A stretch of 64,000 bases of DNA from Flavobacteriales bacterium. GTDB taxonomy: Bacteria > Bacteroidota > Bacteroidia > Palsa-965. The stretch covers positions 96,001 to 160,000 of the forward strand of contig JBEIPA010000009.1 in NCBI GenBank assembly GCA_040377305.1, given 5' to 3'. A program made the position numbers and the translations under genes. A model generated the notes under the pieces. The model saw only the letters and a program-made list of their open reading frames with translations, was not told the DNA's origin and searched no databases. Positions 8,749-18,053 of the stretch are shown piece after piece. The first letter of the stretch is position 1. Each line of letters opens with the position of its first letter.

Positions 8749-9999
8749 ATGCAGTTGAAACGGGTCGTTGTAACAGGGTTAGGCGCTATCACGCCTCTCG
8801 GTAATACTGTACAGGATTACTGGAAGAATCTCGTTGCAGGAGTTAGCGGAGCCGCACTTATTACGCGCTTCGATGCTTCTAAATTTAAGACTCAATTCGC
8901 TTGCGAAGTAAAGGGCTTTAATCCTGAAGACTACTTCGACAAAAAGGAAGCCCGTAAGCTTGATCCTTACTCACATTACGGAATCGCGGCTGCCGATCAG
9001 GCAGTTCGCGACTCTGGTTTGAATGCCGACGGAATCGACAAGAATGAAGTTGGTGTTATCTGGGGATCCGGAATTGGTGGATTGAAAACATTTCAGGATG
9101 AGTGTTTCAACTTCGCTAAAGGAGATGGAACACCACGATTCAATCCGTTCTTCATTCCGAAAATGATTGCCGATATCTGCTCGGGACATATCTCGATGCG
9201 TTTCGGTTTTCACGGACCAAACTTCACCACAGTTTCAGCGTGTGCTTCTTCAACAAACGCGTTGATTGATGCATTCAACTATATCCGTTTGGGTAAAGCG
9301 AATGCAATCATCACCGGCGGATCAGAAGCATCTGTATTCGAAGCAGGTGTTGGCGGATTCAACGCGGCACAGGCAATGAGTCAGCGAAACGATTCACCTC
9401 AAACTGCATCACGCCCTTACGACAAAGAGCGGGATGGGTTTGTTTTGGGTGAAGGCGGTGGCGCACTCGTGTTCGAAGAGCTTGAGCATGCACTTGCACG
9501 TGGAGCAAAAATTTACGGAGAAGTAATTGGCGGCGGCATGAGTGCTGATGCGCATCACATTACTGCACCACATCCGGAAGGATTAGGCGCAGCGTTAGTA
9601 ATGAAGCGTGCCTTGAAAGACGCAGGCCTTGATACAAGTGAAGTTGATTACATAAACACGCACGGCACATCAACACCACTTGGCGACGTAGCTGAATTGA
9701 AAGCGATTTCTTCTGTATTCGGAGATCACGCATGGAAGCTCAACATCAGTGCAACAAAGTCGATGACCGGCCACTTGCTCGGAGCAGCAGGGGCGATTGA
9801 AGCAATTGCCACTTTGCTCGCTGTGCAAAACAACATTATTCCACCAACGATCAATCACTTTACCGATGATCCGGAAGTGGACTCGCGCTTCAACCTTACC
9901 TTCAACAAGGCTCAGGAACGTGAAGTACGCGCCGCAATCAGCAACACCTTTGGCTTCGGCGGACACAACGCTGCTGTAGTCATGCGCAAATACAAATAA
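8749..9999 (+). CDS. fabF: 3-oxoacyl-ACP synthase II
   Basis: RVVVTGLG, SACAS, HGTSTPLGD, GHLLGAAG, FGFGGHN. Confidence 0.97.
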   Translation: MQLKRVVVTGLGAITPLGNTVQDYWKNLVAGVSGAALITRFDASKFKTQFACEVKGFNPEDYFDKKEARKLDPYSHYGIAAADQAVRDSGLNADGIDKNEVGVIWGSGIGGLKTFQDECFNFAKGDGTPRFNPFFIPKMIADICSGHISMRFGFHGPNFTTVSACASSTNALIDAFNYIRLGKANAIITGGSEASVFEAGVGGFNAAQAMSQRNDSPQTASRPYDKERDGFVLGEGGGALVFEELEHALARGAKIYGEVIGGGMSADAHHITAPHPEGLGAALVMKRALKDAGLDTSEVDYINTHGTSTPLGDVAELKAISSVFGDHAWKLNISATKSMTGHLLGAAGAIEAIATLLAVQNNIIPPTINHFTDDPEVDSRFNLTFNKAQEREVRAAISNTFGFGGHNAAVVMRKYK

Positions 10000-10730
10000 T
10001 GGTTTTTCGCGCAGTTACAGCGCTCTTTCAATCCGCTGAGGATCGTGCATTTTCACGTTCACTCCGGAACATTCTGGGATTTTCTCCCGGGAATCTCGCG
10101 CTTTACCGAAAAGCATTCACGCATTCTTCTGCAGCTAATCAGGCAAAAGACCGCGGACAAGAGAAAGAAAGCTACGAGCGTTTGGAATTTCTCGGCGATG
10201 CAATTCTCTCTGCAGTAATCGCCGATTTTCTCTTCAAGAAATTTCCACTCAAGGACGAAGGCTTTCTTACAAAAATGCGTTCACGAATTGTAAGCAGACA
10301 AATGCTTGGCAAGCTTGCACACAAATTCGGCCTGGAGAAATTGATTGAAGCAGAAAATGGAGTAGCCGGAAGAAGCTCTTCGATTTATGGAGATGTATTT
10401 GAAGCCATTCTCGGAGCAGTTTATCTCGACAAAGGTTATCCGTTCACTTCCGCATTTATTCGTAATTCTATTATCAAGTATCATCTCGACATTGACGAGA
10501 TTGAAACGATTGATACGGATTACAAGAGCAAGCTCATTGAGTGGGCACAGAAGAACAAGAAGGATCTGAAGTTCCGCTTAGTGGAGGAGAAAGGCACCGG
10601 CACGCAGAAATTGTTTGTTGTTGAAATTGTTGTGGACGGAACTGGCATTGGCTCCAGCGAAAATTTCTCCAAGAAAAAAGCGGAGCAGGAAGCGGCGGCG
10701 ATTGCGATTGTTTCGCTTGGGCTTACTTAA
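9999..10730 (+). CDS. rnc: Ribonuclease III
   Basis: ERLEFLGDA signature plus C-terminal dsRBD. Confidence 0.97.
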   Translation: MVFRAVTALFQSAEDRAFSRSLRNILGFSPGNLALYRKAFTHSSAANQAKDRGQEKESYERLEFLGDAILSAVIADFLFKKFPLKDEGFLTKMRSRIVSRQMLGKLAHKFGLEKLIEAENGVAGRSSSIYGDVFEAILGAVYLDKGYPFTSAFIRNSIIKYHLDIDEIETIDTDYKSKLIEWAQKNKKDLKFRLVEEKGTGTQKLFVVEIVVDGTGIGSSENFSKKKAEQEAAAIAIVSLGLT

Positions 10731-10758
10731 GGTTCTCAGTTCTCCGTTCTCGGTTTTG
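10731..10758. repeat. 7-mer tandem array (NGTTCTC), one arm
   Basis: GGTTCTC AGTTCTC CGTTCTC GGTTTTG, starting immediately after the rnc stop. Confidence 0.8.
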
Positions 10759-10807
10759 TGACACGCGAGATTGTGGTTGACGGACGTTGTAGGATGGTCC
10801 GCGGAAA

Positions 10808-10834
10808 GGACGGAAAATACAGATCAAACGGATT
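10808..10834 (+). repeat. 27-bp dispersed repeat, copy 1
   Basis: GGACGGAAAATACAGATCAAACGGATT; 25/27 identical to 42405-42431. Confidence 0.8.
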
Positions 10835-10846
10835 AATATCTGAATA

Positions 10847-11206
10847 ATGAGAGTCGCGCTAATTTTCACAGTTGTTTTTATTTTGGTTGGATGCAACAGG
10901 AACATACCCCATGTTTATTTTGATTCACGGAATAGTCTACTTTATATCGATTCGATCAATAACCCAGACTTTTATATTTACAGCGCATCGATTTATAGCG
11001 CGAATGGAGTTGAGGCCGCAACAGATGTTGGCGATACTGCACTACATTTAAAGCAGTACTCGTTCAAGAAATATGTGGACTCGGTCAATGATCACGTTTT
11101 CTCAGTAAATGTTTACTTGAAAGGACACTCCGGTTCCATCATTATGTATTATGGAGATGTGGAGGATGATAGCAGTATGGTTGAAATTGCACAGTCAGAC
11201 TTGTAA
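10847..11206 (+). CDS. Hypothetical lipoprotein
   Basis: Lipobox LVG-C. Confidence 0.6.
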   Translation: MRVALIFTVVFILVGCNRNIPHVYFDSRNSLLYIDSINNPDFYIYSASIYSANGVEAATDVGDTALHLKQYSFKKYVDSVNDHVFSVNVYLKGHSGSIIMYYGDVEDDSSMVEIAQSDL

Positions 11207-11261
11207 GCGATCAAAGGATGCTAAATGGCGGAGGAATAAAAGCATCATTAACCTGGTTCTT

Positions 11262-11295
11262 CTTTGCGTTCCTTCGCGTCTTCGCGTCTTTGTAG
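11262..11295. repeat. 8/9-mer tandem array (CTTYGCGT)
   Basis: CTTTGCGTT C CTTCGCGT CTTCGCGT CTTTGTAG. Confidence 0.7.
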
Positions 11296-11300
11296 TTGAG

Positions 11301-11948
11301 TTACTGCAGTTGGAGAATAGTATCGCGTGACCCAATTGCACTACCATCTTCTCTCCACGAATCCCATCTCACAAACAATCCCTCCTCCACAAACGCAAAA
11401 CTATCCAGCGCAATCGTGATGTCGCCCGGCCACTCGTAATCAGGAAGATTTATAGGTTGATGTGTTCCGCTGTTCACGTTGTACAAACAGAATTCACCTT
11501 CTTCTTCCAAACAACTTCGCGCAAAAATGTAACCGCGATTAGTATCTCGCAGTAGATCTTCTTCGAGCACAACAATGGAATCGCCGGGCTTCACCGGCAA
11601 AAGCATGAGCGACCAACAGGACGATCCGCAACTTTCGCGCATTGCGATGTAATTATCAAATTCGCAGATGTACCACGGCAATCCTCTTGGCGCCGGCCAC
11701 TTTCCGTATTCATGTGCTCCGATTTTTCCGTTTTGTTGGCTACCCCACGACATTATCAATGTGGTGTCGCTGTTCAGGAAAAAGTCGATGTACTTACCGG
11801 AGGGCAGAAAAGTGTCCATTTGGTTAGCCTCTTGAGCAGGTGAAGTATACACCCTGCAGGAGTTAAACGCTTGCGGGGTGGTCGAAGGGTCGTCCTTAAC
11901 CATACAACCACCGAAAAGTAATATTGCCGCAAAAACCGCGTTCTTCAT
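11301..11948 (-). CDS. Hypothetical lipoprotein
   Basis: MKNAVFAAILLFGG-C lipobox; CGSSC motif. Confidence 0.65.
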   Translation of the reverse strand: MKNAVFAAILLFGGCMVKDDPSTTPQAFNSCRVYTSPAQEANQMDTFLPSGKYIDFFLNSDTTLIMSWGSQQNGKIGAHEYGKWPAPRGLPWYICEFDNYIAMRESCGSSCWSLMLLPVKPGDSIVVLEEDLLRDTNRGYIFARSCLEEEGEFCLYNVNSGTHQPINLPDYEWPGDITIALDSFAFVEEGLFVRWDSWREDGSAIGSRDTILQLQ

Positions 11949-12070
11949 TGCTATAAATTTGCACCAATGGAATTGTCCGGCTTCACACTTCGAATAAGTG
12001 CCCGTTTTTATCGAAAAAGCGCCGAATTTCGCAATGAAGTCCACCCGCTCCAATTGACCTTCATCGACAC

Positions 12071-12100
12071 ACTCCCGTCACTCGTCTCCCGTCACTTGTC
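12071..12100. repeat. 7-mer tandem array (TCTCCCG), one arm
   Basis: ACTCCCG TCACTCG TCTCCCG TCACTTG TC. Confidence 0.7.
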
Positions 12101-12104
12101 TTCG

Positions 12105-12143
12105 GAGGCAACCATGGGAACCTTTTACCGTCATATTAGCGTA
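12105..12143 (+). promoter_or_regulatory. Putative ECF-type autoregulatory promoter
   Basis: GAGGCAACC-N15-CGTC and overlapping GGAACC-N17-CGTA upstream of the ECF sigma gene. Confidence 0.5.
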
Positions 12144-12168
12144 AAAGAAAGCGGACACTTCTCCCGCC

Positions 12169-12750
12169 ATGACTGAAAACGAACTAATCGCCGGTTGCGT
12201 AAGGCAAGACAGAGCTGCACAGGAAGCGCTATACAAGCGTTTCTATGGCAAGATGCTCGGTGTATGCATGCGTTACGCGAAGGATCGTGATGAGGCTAAG
12301 GACATGCTGCAGGAAGGCTTAATCAAAGTGTTTACTACTATCCGCCATTTCGCTGGAAAAGGTTCCTTCGAAGGATGGGTGAGAAGAATTGTAGTGAACA
12401 CCTCGGTTGACCACTTGCGCAGAAACAAGCATCAGTACATGATTGTTTCAACAGTTTATGCGAGAGAAGGAGATATTCCGGATCAACCGGAAGAAATCGA
12501 AGAAGACAGTCTTCTAGGCCAACTTTCTGAAGCGCAAATTCTTGAAGTAGTGCAGGGATTAAGTCCTGCATACAGAACAGTTTTCAACTTGTATGTTATT
12601 GAAGACTTTTCACACAAGGAAATTGCGGATCAGTTAGGAATCAGTGAAGGAACATCGAAATCAAATCTCGCTAAAGCCCGCTTTCAACTGAAGAAACAAT
12701 TGTACAACAAAATCAAAACTGCAGATGAGCAACGGACAGCTACACGATGA
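12169..12750 (+). CDS. ECF sigma-70 factor
   Basis: Region 2 DMLQEGLIKVF...SFEGWVRRI; region 4 SHKEIADQLGISEGTSKSNL. Confidence 0.95.
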   Translation: MTENELIAGCVRQDRAAQEALYKRFYGKMLGVCMRYAKDRDEAKDMLQEGLIKVFTTIRHFAGKGSFEGWVRRIVVNTSVDHLRRNKHQYMIVSTVYAREGDIPDQPEEIEEDSLLGQLSEAQILEVVQGLSPAYRTVFNLYVIEDFSHKEIADQLGISEGTSKSNLAKARFQLKKQLYNKIKTADEQRTATR

Positions 12751-13447
12751 TAAGCTTTTCCAGGGGCTAAGCGACCGGTTGAGCGACTATGAGGCACCAT
12801 ACGATGGTGCTGACTGGGACGCTATGAGCCGTTCACTTGACAAGCTTCCTAAAACGAACCAGTTCAGGTGGAAATTCTCCCTGAATACAATCGGCATTAT
12901 GCTTGGCATAGTTGGCTTGACTGTACTCGGAGTGGTAATTGCACAAGGAAATGGTAAACCGTCGACGCCTGCGGAAAACAGGACACCAAATTCGACGTCG
13001 ATTGCTCCGGAGAATAAAGTTCCGGCAGCAACAAATACAAATCCTACGGTTAACAATACTTCCGTGAATACGAATGTGGTGAATGCACCGGAAGCAACTT
13101 CTGTTGCAGTGCAAACAATCAACACGCGGAAAGATCTCACGCAGCCGCGCCAAATGGGCAAGGATAATAATCCGTTCCGCTTAGGTGATCAGATTGACCC
13201 GCTCAAAGGATTCGTATATCAAACACAAGAGGATCCCGCATTGATCAATAATCAACACGACTTTGCAAAGCCGGAAGTTTATTATGACATCGATGAGACG
13301 ACTGGTAAAACGAAGAAGATTTACATTCAGGACACCGTGAATGGTGTGAAAGAAGTGAATCAAACAGATTCGATTACACCAGCGCCACAAAGCATTCCCG
13401 AACCTACTGCCCCAACCGATGGGCAGAGGATCGGGTTTGATCAATAA
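12725..13447 (+). CDS. Putative anti-sigma-like single-TM protein
   Basis: Overlaps the sigma gene; L.DYEAP....DW..M N-terminus, one TM, low-complexity periplasmic part. Confidence 0.6.
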   Translation: MSNGQLHDDKLFQGLSDRLSDYEAPYDGADWDAMSRSLDKLPKTNQFRWKFSLNTIGIMLGIVGLTVLGVVIAQGNGKPSTPAENRTPNSTSIAPENKVPAATNTNPTVNNTSVNTNVVNAPEATSVAVQTINTRKDLTQPRQMGKDNNPFRLGDQIDPLKGFVYQTQEDPALINNQHDFAKPEVYYDIDETTGKTKKIYIQDTVNGVKEVNQTDSITPAPQSIPEPTAPTDGQRIGFDQ

Positions 13448-13496
13448 CATAAATAACCCCTTCGACTTTACTGCGAACCGCTCACAGTACTGTCAC

Positions 13497-13529
13497 TGCC
13501 CTGAATTCTCACGAGTTTAGGGTTTTTTT
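13497..13529 (+). terminator. Intrinsic terminator
   Basis: CCCTGAATTC-TCAC-GAGTTTAGGG followed by a T run. Confidence 0.65.
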
Positions 13530-13534
13530 GTTTC

Positions 13535-13666
13535 CAGTAGGCAGTAAGCAGTAGTGCAGTTGGCAAAAAAAATAGACAATGATCGCCGTGCGATTTATCG
13601 CGCGGATCACTGAATCCGGAAAATCCTCCTTGACTGCCGACTGCACTACTGCCCAACTGCCTACTG
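13535..13666. repeat. Inverted 7/8-mer arrays (CAGTAGG / CCTACTG)
   Basis: CAGTAGGCAGTAAGCAGTAGTGCAGTTGGCA ... TGCCGACTGCACTACTGCCCAACTGCCTACTG. Confidence 0.9.
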
Positions 13667-13728
13667 TGAGGCAACCTTTTCCTTCGCCTTCGTCTTCTTA
13701 TTGGCAACACCTTCTAAAACGTATTAAG

Positions 13729-14691
13729 ATGAAACAACTGTACAAGTTCTCCCTCGCGCTTGCGTGCTCGTTTGTGGCAGTTACGCAACTCAAAGCACAG
13801 GATCCTGAGTTTACTCAGTTCTATGCGAATCAGATTTATTTGAATCCTGCTCTGGCAGGAAATACTTATTGTCCTCGTGTAAGCGCTGGATACCGCGTGC
13901 AGTGGCCGAATGTTTACGGCACGTACCAAACACTTGGAGTGTCTATCGATCGTTATGTAGACGCAGTTAAAGGCGGTGTAGGATTGATGGTCATGCAAGA
14001 CCGCGCTGCACAGGGATCGTTGAATACAACAGGCGTAGGATTGGTCTATGCACCGAAAATCCGTCTCGGAAAACACCTTGGTGTTTCATTCGCAGTTCAG
14101 GCCGGCTGGTGGCAGAAAGCGGTGAACTGGAGCAAACTTACATTCGGTGATCAGATTGATTCCAGAGATGGTTTCGTGAACACAACACAAGAGACACGTC
14201 CTGACCAAACCACGCGAGGCGATTTTGATCTCGGAGCAGGAATGGTATTGTCGGGCGATAATTGGTTCGTGGGTGGTGCGCTGCATCATATTCTCGAACA
14301 GAACGAATCGATACTTGGCGGGATCAGCAAACTTCCAATCAAGTACACCGCTCACGCAGGTGCGAATATTCCAATCGGTGATAAGAGCAACAACACGTTT
14401 GTTTCTCCAAACATTCTCTTTCGCAAACAAGGAGATTTCCAACAGATGAACATAGGATGTTATTTCAAAAAACAAACGATCGTTGGCGGACTTTGGTATC
14501 GCGGTCAGGATTCATTCATTATGTTGATCGGTGTAGAAACCGGACAGGTGCGCATTGGATATAGCTACGACGTTACAATTTCTAAACTCACGAACGCAAC
14601 TGCAGGTTCGCACGAGGTATCATTAGGTTATCAATTCTCTTGTAAAAAACCTAAACCGAAATTCCGCCCGGTATCATGTCCGAGCTGGTAA
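13729..14691 (+). CDS. T9SS PorP/SprF-family outer membrane protein
   Basis: AQDPEFTQFY....YLNPALAG, GYSYDVT.SKL, GSHEVSL; ATG 13729. Confidence 0.92.
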   Translation: MKQLYKFSLALACSFVAVTQLKAQDPEFTQFYANQIYLNPALAGNTYCPRVSAGYRVQWPNVYGTYQTLGVSIDRYVDAVKGGVGLMVMQDRAAQGSLNTTGVGLVYAPKIRLGKHLGVSFAVQAGWWQKAVNWSKLTFGDQIDSRDGFVNTTQETRPDQTTRGDFDLGAGMVLSGDNWFVGGALHHILEQNESILGGISKLPIKYTAHAGANIPIGDKSNNTFVSPNILFRKQGDFQQMNIGCYFKKQTIVGGLWYRGQDSFIMLIGVETGQVRIGYSYDVTISKLTNATAGSHEVSLGYQFSCKKPKPKFRPVSCPSW

Positions 14692-14755
14692 TGAACCTGT
14701 TTTTTGCCTTAGGTGTTTGCAACTGAAGGCTTATCCTGAAACAGGTCTGGTGTGC

Positions 14756-14790
14756 AATCCCGACGTCTTGAATGGCGTCGGGATTTTTTT
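14756..14790 (+). terminator. Intrinsic terminator
   Basis: AATCCCGACGT-loop-GCGTCGGGATT plus T run. Confidence 0.7.
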
Positions 14791-14942
14791 ATTCGACCCC
14801 TTCAGGGTCGCTATGGCTTGCGCATGTTTTTTGGCTATTAACATTTAACCCCTTCGGGGTTGCTGCACGATGACGCTGAAGGCGTCGAATGTTAATAGCC
14901 AAAAATATCCGTGCGCGAAAACGACCCTGAAGGGGTCGAATA
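14790..14942. repeat. REP/BIME-like nested palindrome
   Basis: Perfect 21-bp outer IR, perfect 18-bp inner IR, four ACCC-TTC/GAA-GGGT type hairpins. Confidence 0.85.
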
Positions 14943-14964
14943 ATCCCGACGTATCTTTGCACCC

Positions 14965-16776
14965 GTGGAATTCTCCGACAGCATACGCGAAACAATCAGC
15001 AGCTTGCCCGATTCTCCTGGCGTGTATCAATACTACGATGCCGAGGGAATTATTTTGTACGTGGGCAAAGCCAAGAGTCTGAAGAAACGTGTGACGTCGT
15101 ATTTCGTTGGAGTCGATCGTCATCCCGCCAAGACAACTATTCTCGTTCGCAAAATTCATTCAATCAAGTTCATTCTTGTCGACACAGAATTAGATGCGTT
15201 GTTGCTCGAGAATAATCTGATCAAGAAATATCAGCCGCGTTACAATGTGTTGCTGAAAGACGACAAGACTTTTCCGTGGATTTGCATCACGAACGAACGC
15301 TTTCCCAGAATATTTCCAACGCGTAAAGTCATCAAAGACGGTTCGCAGTATTTCGGTCCATATGCGAATGTGAAAGTGATGTACACCATGCTCGATATGG
15401 TGAAGAAGATGTACCCGTTGCGTAATTGCCGGTTGAATCTTTCGAAGGAGAATGTAGAGGCGAAGAAGTTTAAAGTTTGTCTCGAGTTTCACATCGGAAA
15501 TTGTTTAGGTCCTTGCGAAGATTTGCAGACCGAAGAAAACTACGATGCGGGCATTTCGAAAATCCGTGACTTGATCAAAGGAAATATTTCTGCTGTAATC
15601 CGTCAATTGAAGGATGAGATCAAAGCTCATTCATTGGCGATGAAGTTTGAAGAGGCTCAGGAAGCAAAGGAGAATCTGGATGCACTCGAAACATACCAGG
15701 CACGATCAACAGTCGTAAGCCCTACGATTACGAAAGTGGATGTGTTCGCGTTTCGTTCCGACGAGAAAGCAGCTTATGTAAGTTTCTTTCGTGTGATCGA
15801 TGGCGCAATTATTCAGGGCCACACCATCGAGATGAAGAAGAAGATTGAAGAGTCGGACGAAGAAATGCTTCAGCTCGCGATTGTAGAATTGCGCGAACGG
15901 TTCCAGAGCAATTCGAAAGAGATTCTGATTCCTTTCGAAGCGAATCTTGAAATTCCTGACGTCACGATTTTTGTTCCTCAGCGTGGCGACAAACGCAAAC
16001 TCATTGAATTGTGTGAGCGCAACGTGGAGTATTATCTCACCGAGAAACAAAAGCAGGATGCGCTCACTGATCCCGAGCGTCACACGAAACGCATCATGGC
16101 AACGATGATGAAGGATCTGCGCTTAACAGAAGAGCCACGACTCATTGAGTGTTTCGACAACTCCAATTTCCAGGGCGACTTCGCTGTTTCTGCAATGACC
16201 GTTTTCCGCGATGGTAAACCGAGCAAGAAAGATTACCGTCACTACAATGTGAAAACAGTTGTAGGTCCGGATGATTTCGCAACAATGCGCGAAGTGATTC
16301 ATCGCCGATACTCCCGCGTGGTAGAAGAGAATCTCGAATTTCCTCAGCTGTTGGTTGTCGATGGAGGAAAGGGTCAACTCTCTGCCGCAATGGAAGCGTT
16401 GGAGTCATTAAACCTTCGCGGAAAATTTGCGGTTATCGGAATCGCGAAACGCCTCGAGGAAATTTATTATCCCGACGATTCCGTTCCGTTGTATCTCGAC
16501 AAGAAATCGGAAACACTTCGCGTGATTCAATACATCCGCGATGAAGCGCACCGTTTCGGAATTACACATCACCGCAAGAAACGCAGCAAGGGCACGATCA
16601 AAACCGAGCTCACCGAAATCGAAGGTATAAGCGATGTAACAGCGAAAAAGCTGTTGTCGAAATTCAAATCGGTGAAGCAACTGAAAGAGAAATCGCTGGA
16701 AGAGATTGCGGAAGTGGTGGGTCCGGCGAAAGCTGGATTGGTTTGGAATTATTTTCATCCAGCGAAAGGAAGCTAA
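14965..16776 (+). CDS. uvrC: Excinuclease ABC subunit C
   Basis: GIY-YIG PGVY...YVGKAK, IECFDNS, VDGGKGQL, RDEAHRFGIT, HhH. Confidence 0.98.
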   Translation: MEFSDSIRETISSLPDSPGVYQYYDAEGIILYVGKAKSLKKRVTSYFVGVDRHPAKTTILVRKIHSIKFILVDTELDALLLENNLIKKYQPRYNVLLKDDKTFPWICITNERFPRIFPTRKVIKDGSQYFGPYANVKVMYTMLDMVKKMYPLRNCRLNLSKENVEAKKFKVCLEFHIGNCLGPCEDLQTEENYDAGISKIRDLIKGNISAVIRQLKDEIKAHSLAMKFEEAQEAKENLDALETYQARSTVVSPTITKVDVFAFRSDEKAAYVSFFRVIDGAIIQGHTIEMKKKIEESDEEMLQLAIVELRERFQSNSKEILIPFEANLEIPDVTIFVPQRGDKRKLIELCERNVEYYLTEKQKQDALTDPERHTKRIMATMMKDLRLTEEPRLIECFDNSNFQGDFAVSAMTVFRDGKPSKKDYRHYNVKTVVGPDDFATMREVIHRRYSRVVEENLEFPQLLVVDGGKGQLSAAMEALESLNLRGKFAVIGIAKRLEEIYYPDDSVPLYLDKKSETLRVIQYIRDEAHRFGITHHRKKRSKGTIKTELTEIEGISDVTAKKLLSKFKSVKQLKEKSLEEIAEVVGPAKAGLVWNYFHPAKGS

Positions 16777-16779
16777 CGA

Positions 16780-17184
16780 TCACTGAACCTTGCGATACGT
16801 TATTTCACGATTACCTCCTGGAAATATCCACACAGAATCACTCATTAGATCCGCATTCCACTTGATCGGCTTCCGCTCATCATAGTATCGTAACCATACC
16901 TGATTTTTATTTTCATGATACTCCCACGTGCCACTCGTGTATGTCGTATCACTACTCTTCTTGTACCAGGAACGGAACCATGCAAATGTTCCATTCGCGT
17001 GAAACCAATAGGTACCTGAGTCCATTTCAAAAAGGCAATCCAGATCGGTTACCCCATCGATTTTGTAATCGACATTGACCCACTTTCCAACGAATTTGTC
17101 CGGATGGGTCGGCGTTTCTTTCATCCAGGAAAAGCAGAAGGACGCTGCCACAGCAATGCAAAAAGTAAGAGAGTACTGTTTCAT
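16780..17184 (-). CDS. Secreted hypothetical protein, lipocalin-like
   Basis: Signal peptide, VGKW and SGTWEY motifs. Confidence 0.5.
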   Translation of the reverse strand: MKQYSLTFCIAVAASFCFSWMKETPTHPDKFVGKWVNVDYKIDGVTDLDCLFEMDSGTYWFHANGTFAWFRSWYKKSSDTTYTSGTWEYHENKNQVWLRYYDERKPIKWNADLMSDSVWIFPGGNREITYRKVQ

Positions 17185-17939
17185 TTCGTATTAATATAAT
17201 ACCGGATCATATCCCTCTCCAACTGCTCTACGCCCCCGGGATATTCTTCCTCCAACGTTTTCTCGGATCCGCGTCCCGTACCGATTTTGTACAAAACGAT
17301 GGAAAAAATATCATCGTGAAATGTGCGCAGATAGTACACAATGCCCCAACTAATTGTGTAGTGATTCGATTCTTTTCTCGCATGAAATTTCCGATGTGAA
17401 GCATTGATCGTTGAGCAAATGGAGAACGAACCACTATCAGCCGTAAACTTTCGCATTTCCTGTAAGCGAAAAATATGCGGACCGATCGTTACGTTCTCCA
17501 GCGAATCTATCGCAGCCGTTTTGAAGTACTCCGCAATTCCTTCATCGATCCAATCGGGCCGCCAGCGCGCATGATGATGAAAAATTGCGTGCGACATTTC
17601 ATGGTAGGTTGTGGCGAGATAACGCGGCCATTTGAAGACCATCACCAGCTTCGGCAGTGGGGCATACAATCCGGTTTCTGAAATGATTTTACCAACGAGC
17701 TTGCGTTGTGCGCTTCGGAATTTCTGTTCGTCGCCAAACATGCGAATGCGGATGGTTTGACTTCGTTGCGTCCCAAATACATCACTGAAATATTCCGTTT
17801 CATACTCAGCCATCACACGAAATCTGTTTTTGTCTTCAGCAGATAGTGTACAGCCGCGACAGTCGTAGTGTAGACGCTGCGCGGAAATGCCAACGGTAAT
17901 CAACAGGAAGGAAACGAGTATGGACTTTCTCAACTCCAT
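17181..17939 (-). CDS. Putative zinc metallopeptidase (gluzincin, DUF1570-like)
   Basis: HEMSH then WIDEGIAEYF and Y..SW..VYYL; signal peptide. Confidence 0.7.
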   Translation of the reverse strand: MELRKSILVSFLLITVGISAQRLHYDCRGCTLSAEDKNRFRVMAEYETEYFSDVFGTQRSQTIRIRMFGDEQKFRSAQRKLVGKIISETGLYAPLPKLVMVFKWPRYLATTYHEMSHAIFHHHARWRPDWIDEGIAEYFKTAAIDSLENVTIGPHIFRLQEMRKFTADSGSFSICSTINASHRKFHARKESNHYTISWGIVYYLRTFHDDIFSIVLYKIGTGRGSEKTLEEEYPGGVEQLERDMIRYYINTK

Positions 17940-17990
17940 AAAGTTAAACATTCCCTCAGTGAAGATTGGTGATAAAATGTTAACTCATGT

Positions 17991-18020
17991 AGACCCGTCT
18001 CCCATCTCCTGTCTCCCATC
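17991..18020. repeat. 7-mer tandem array (TCTCCCR), one arm
   Basis: AGACCCG TCTCCCA TCTCCTG TCTCCCA TC, just upstream of TACATTTG at 18028. Confidence 0.75.
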
Positions 18021-18053
18021 AATTAGCTACATTTGCTGCACTAAAAATCAACC

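Noticed and set aside
13579-13728. ORF-track N-terminal extensions (porP, M23, ALDH, TlpA, 61936 start)
   Set aside because: They run through repeat arrays and promoters; downstream ATGs give proper signal peptides or family N-termini.
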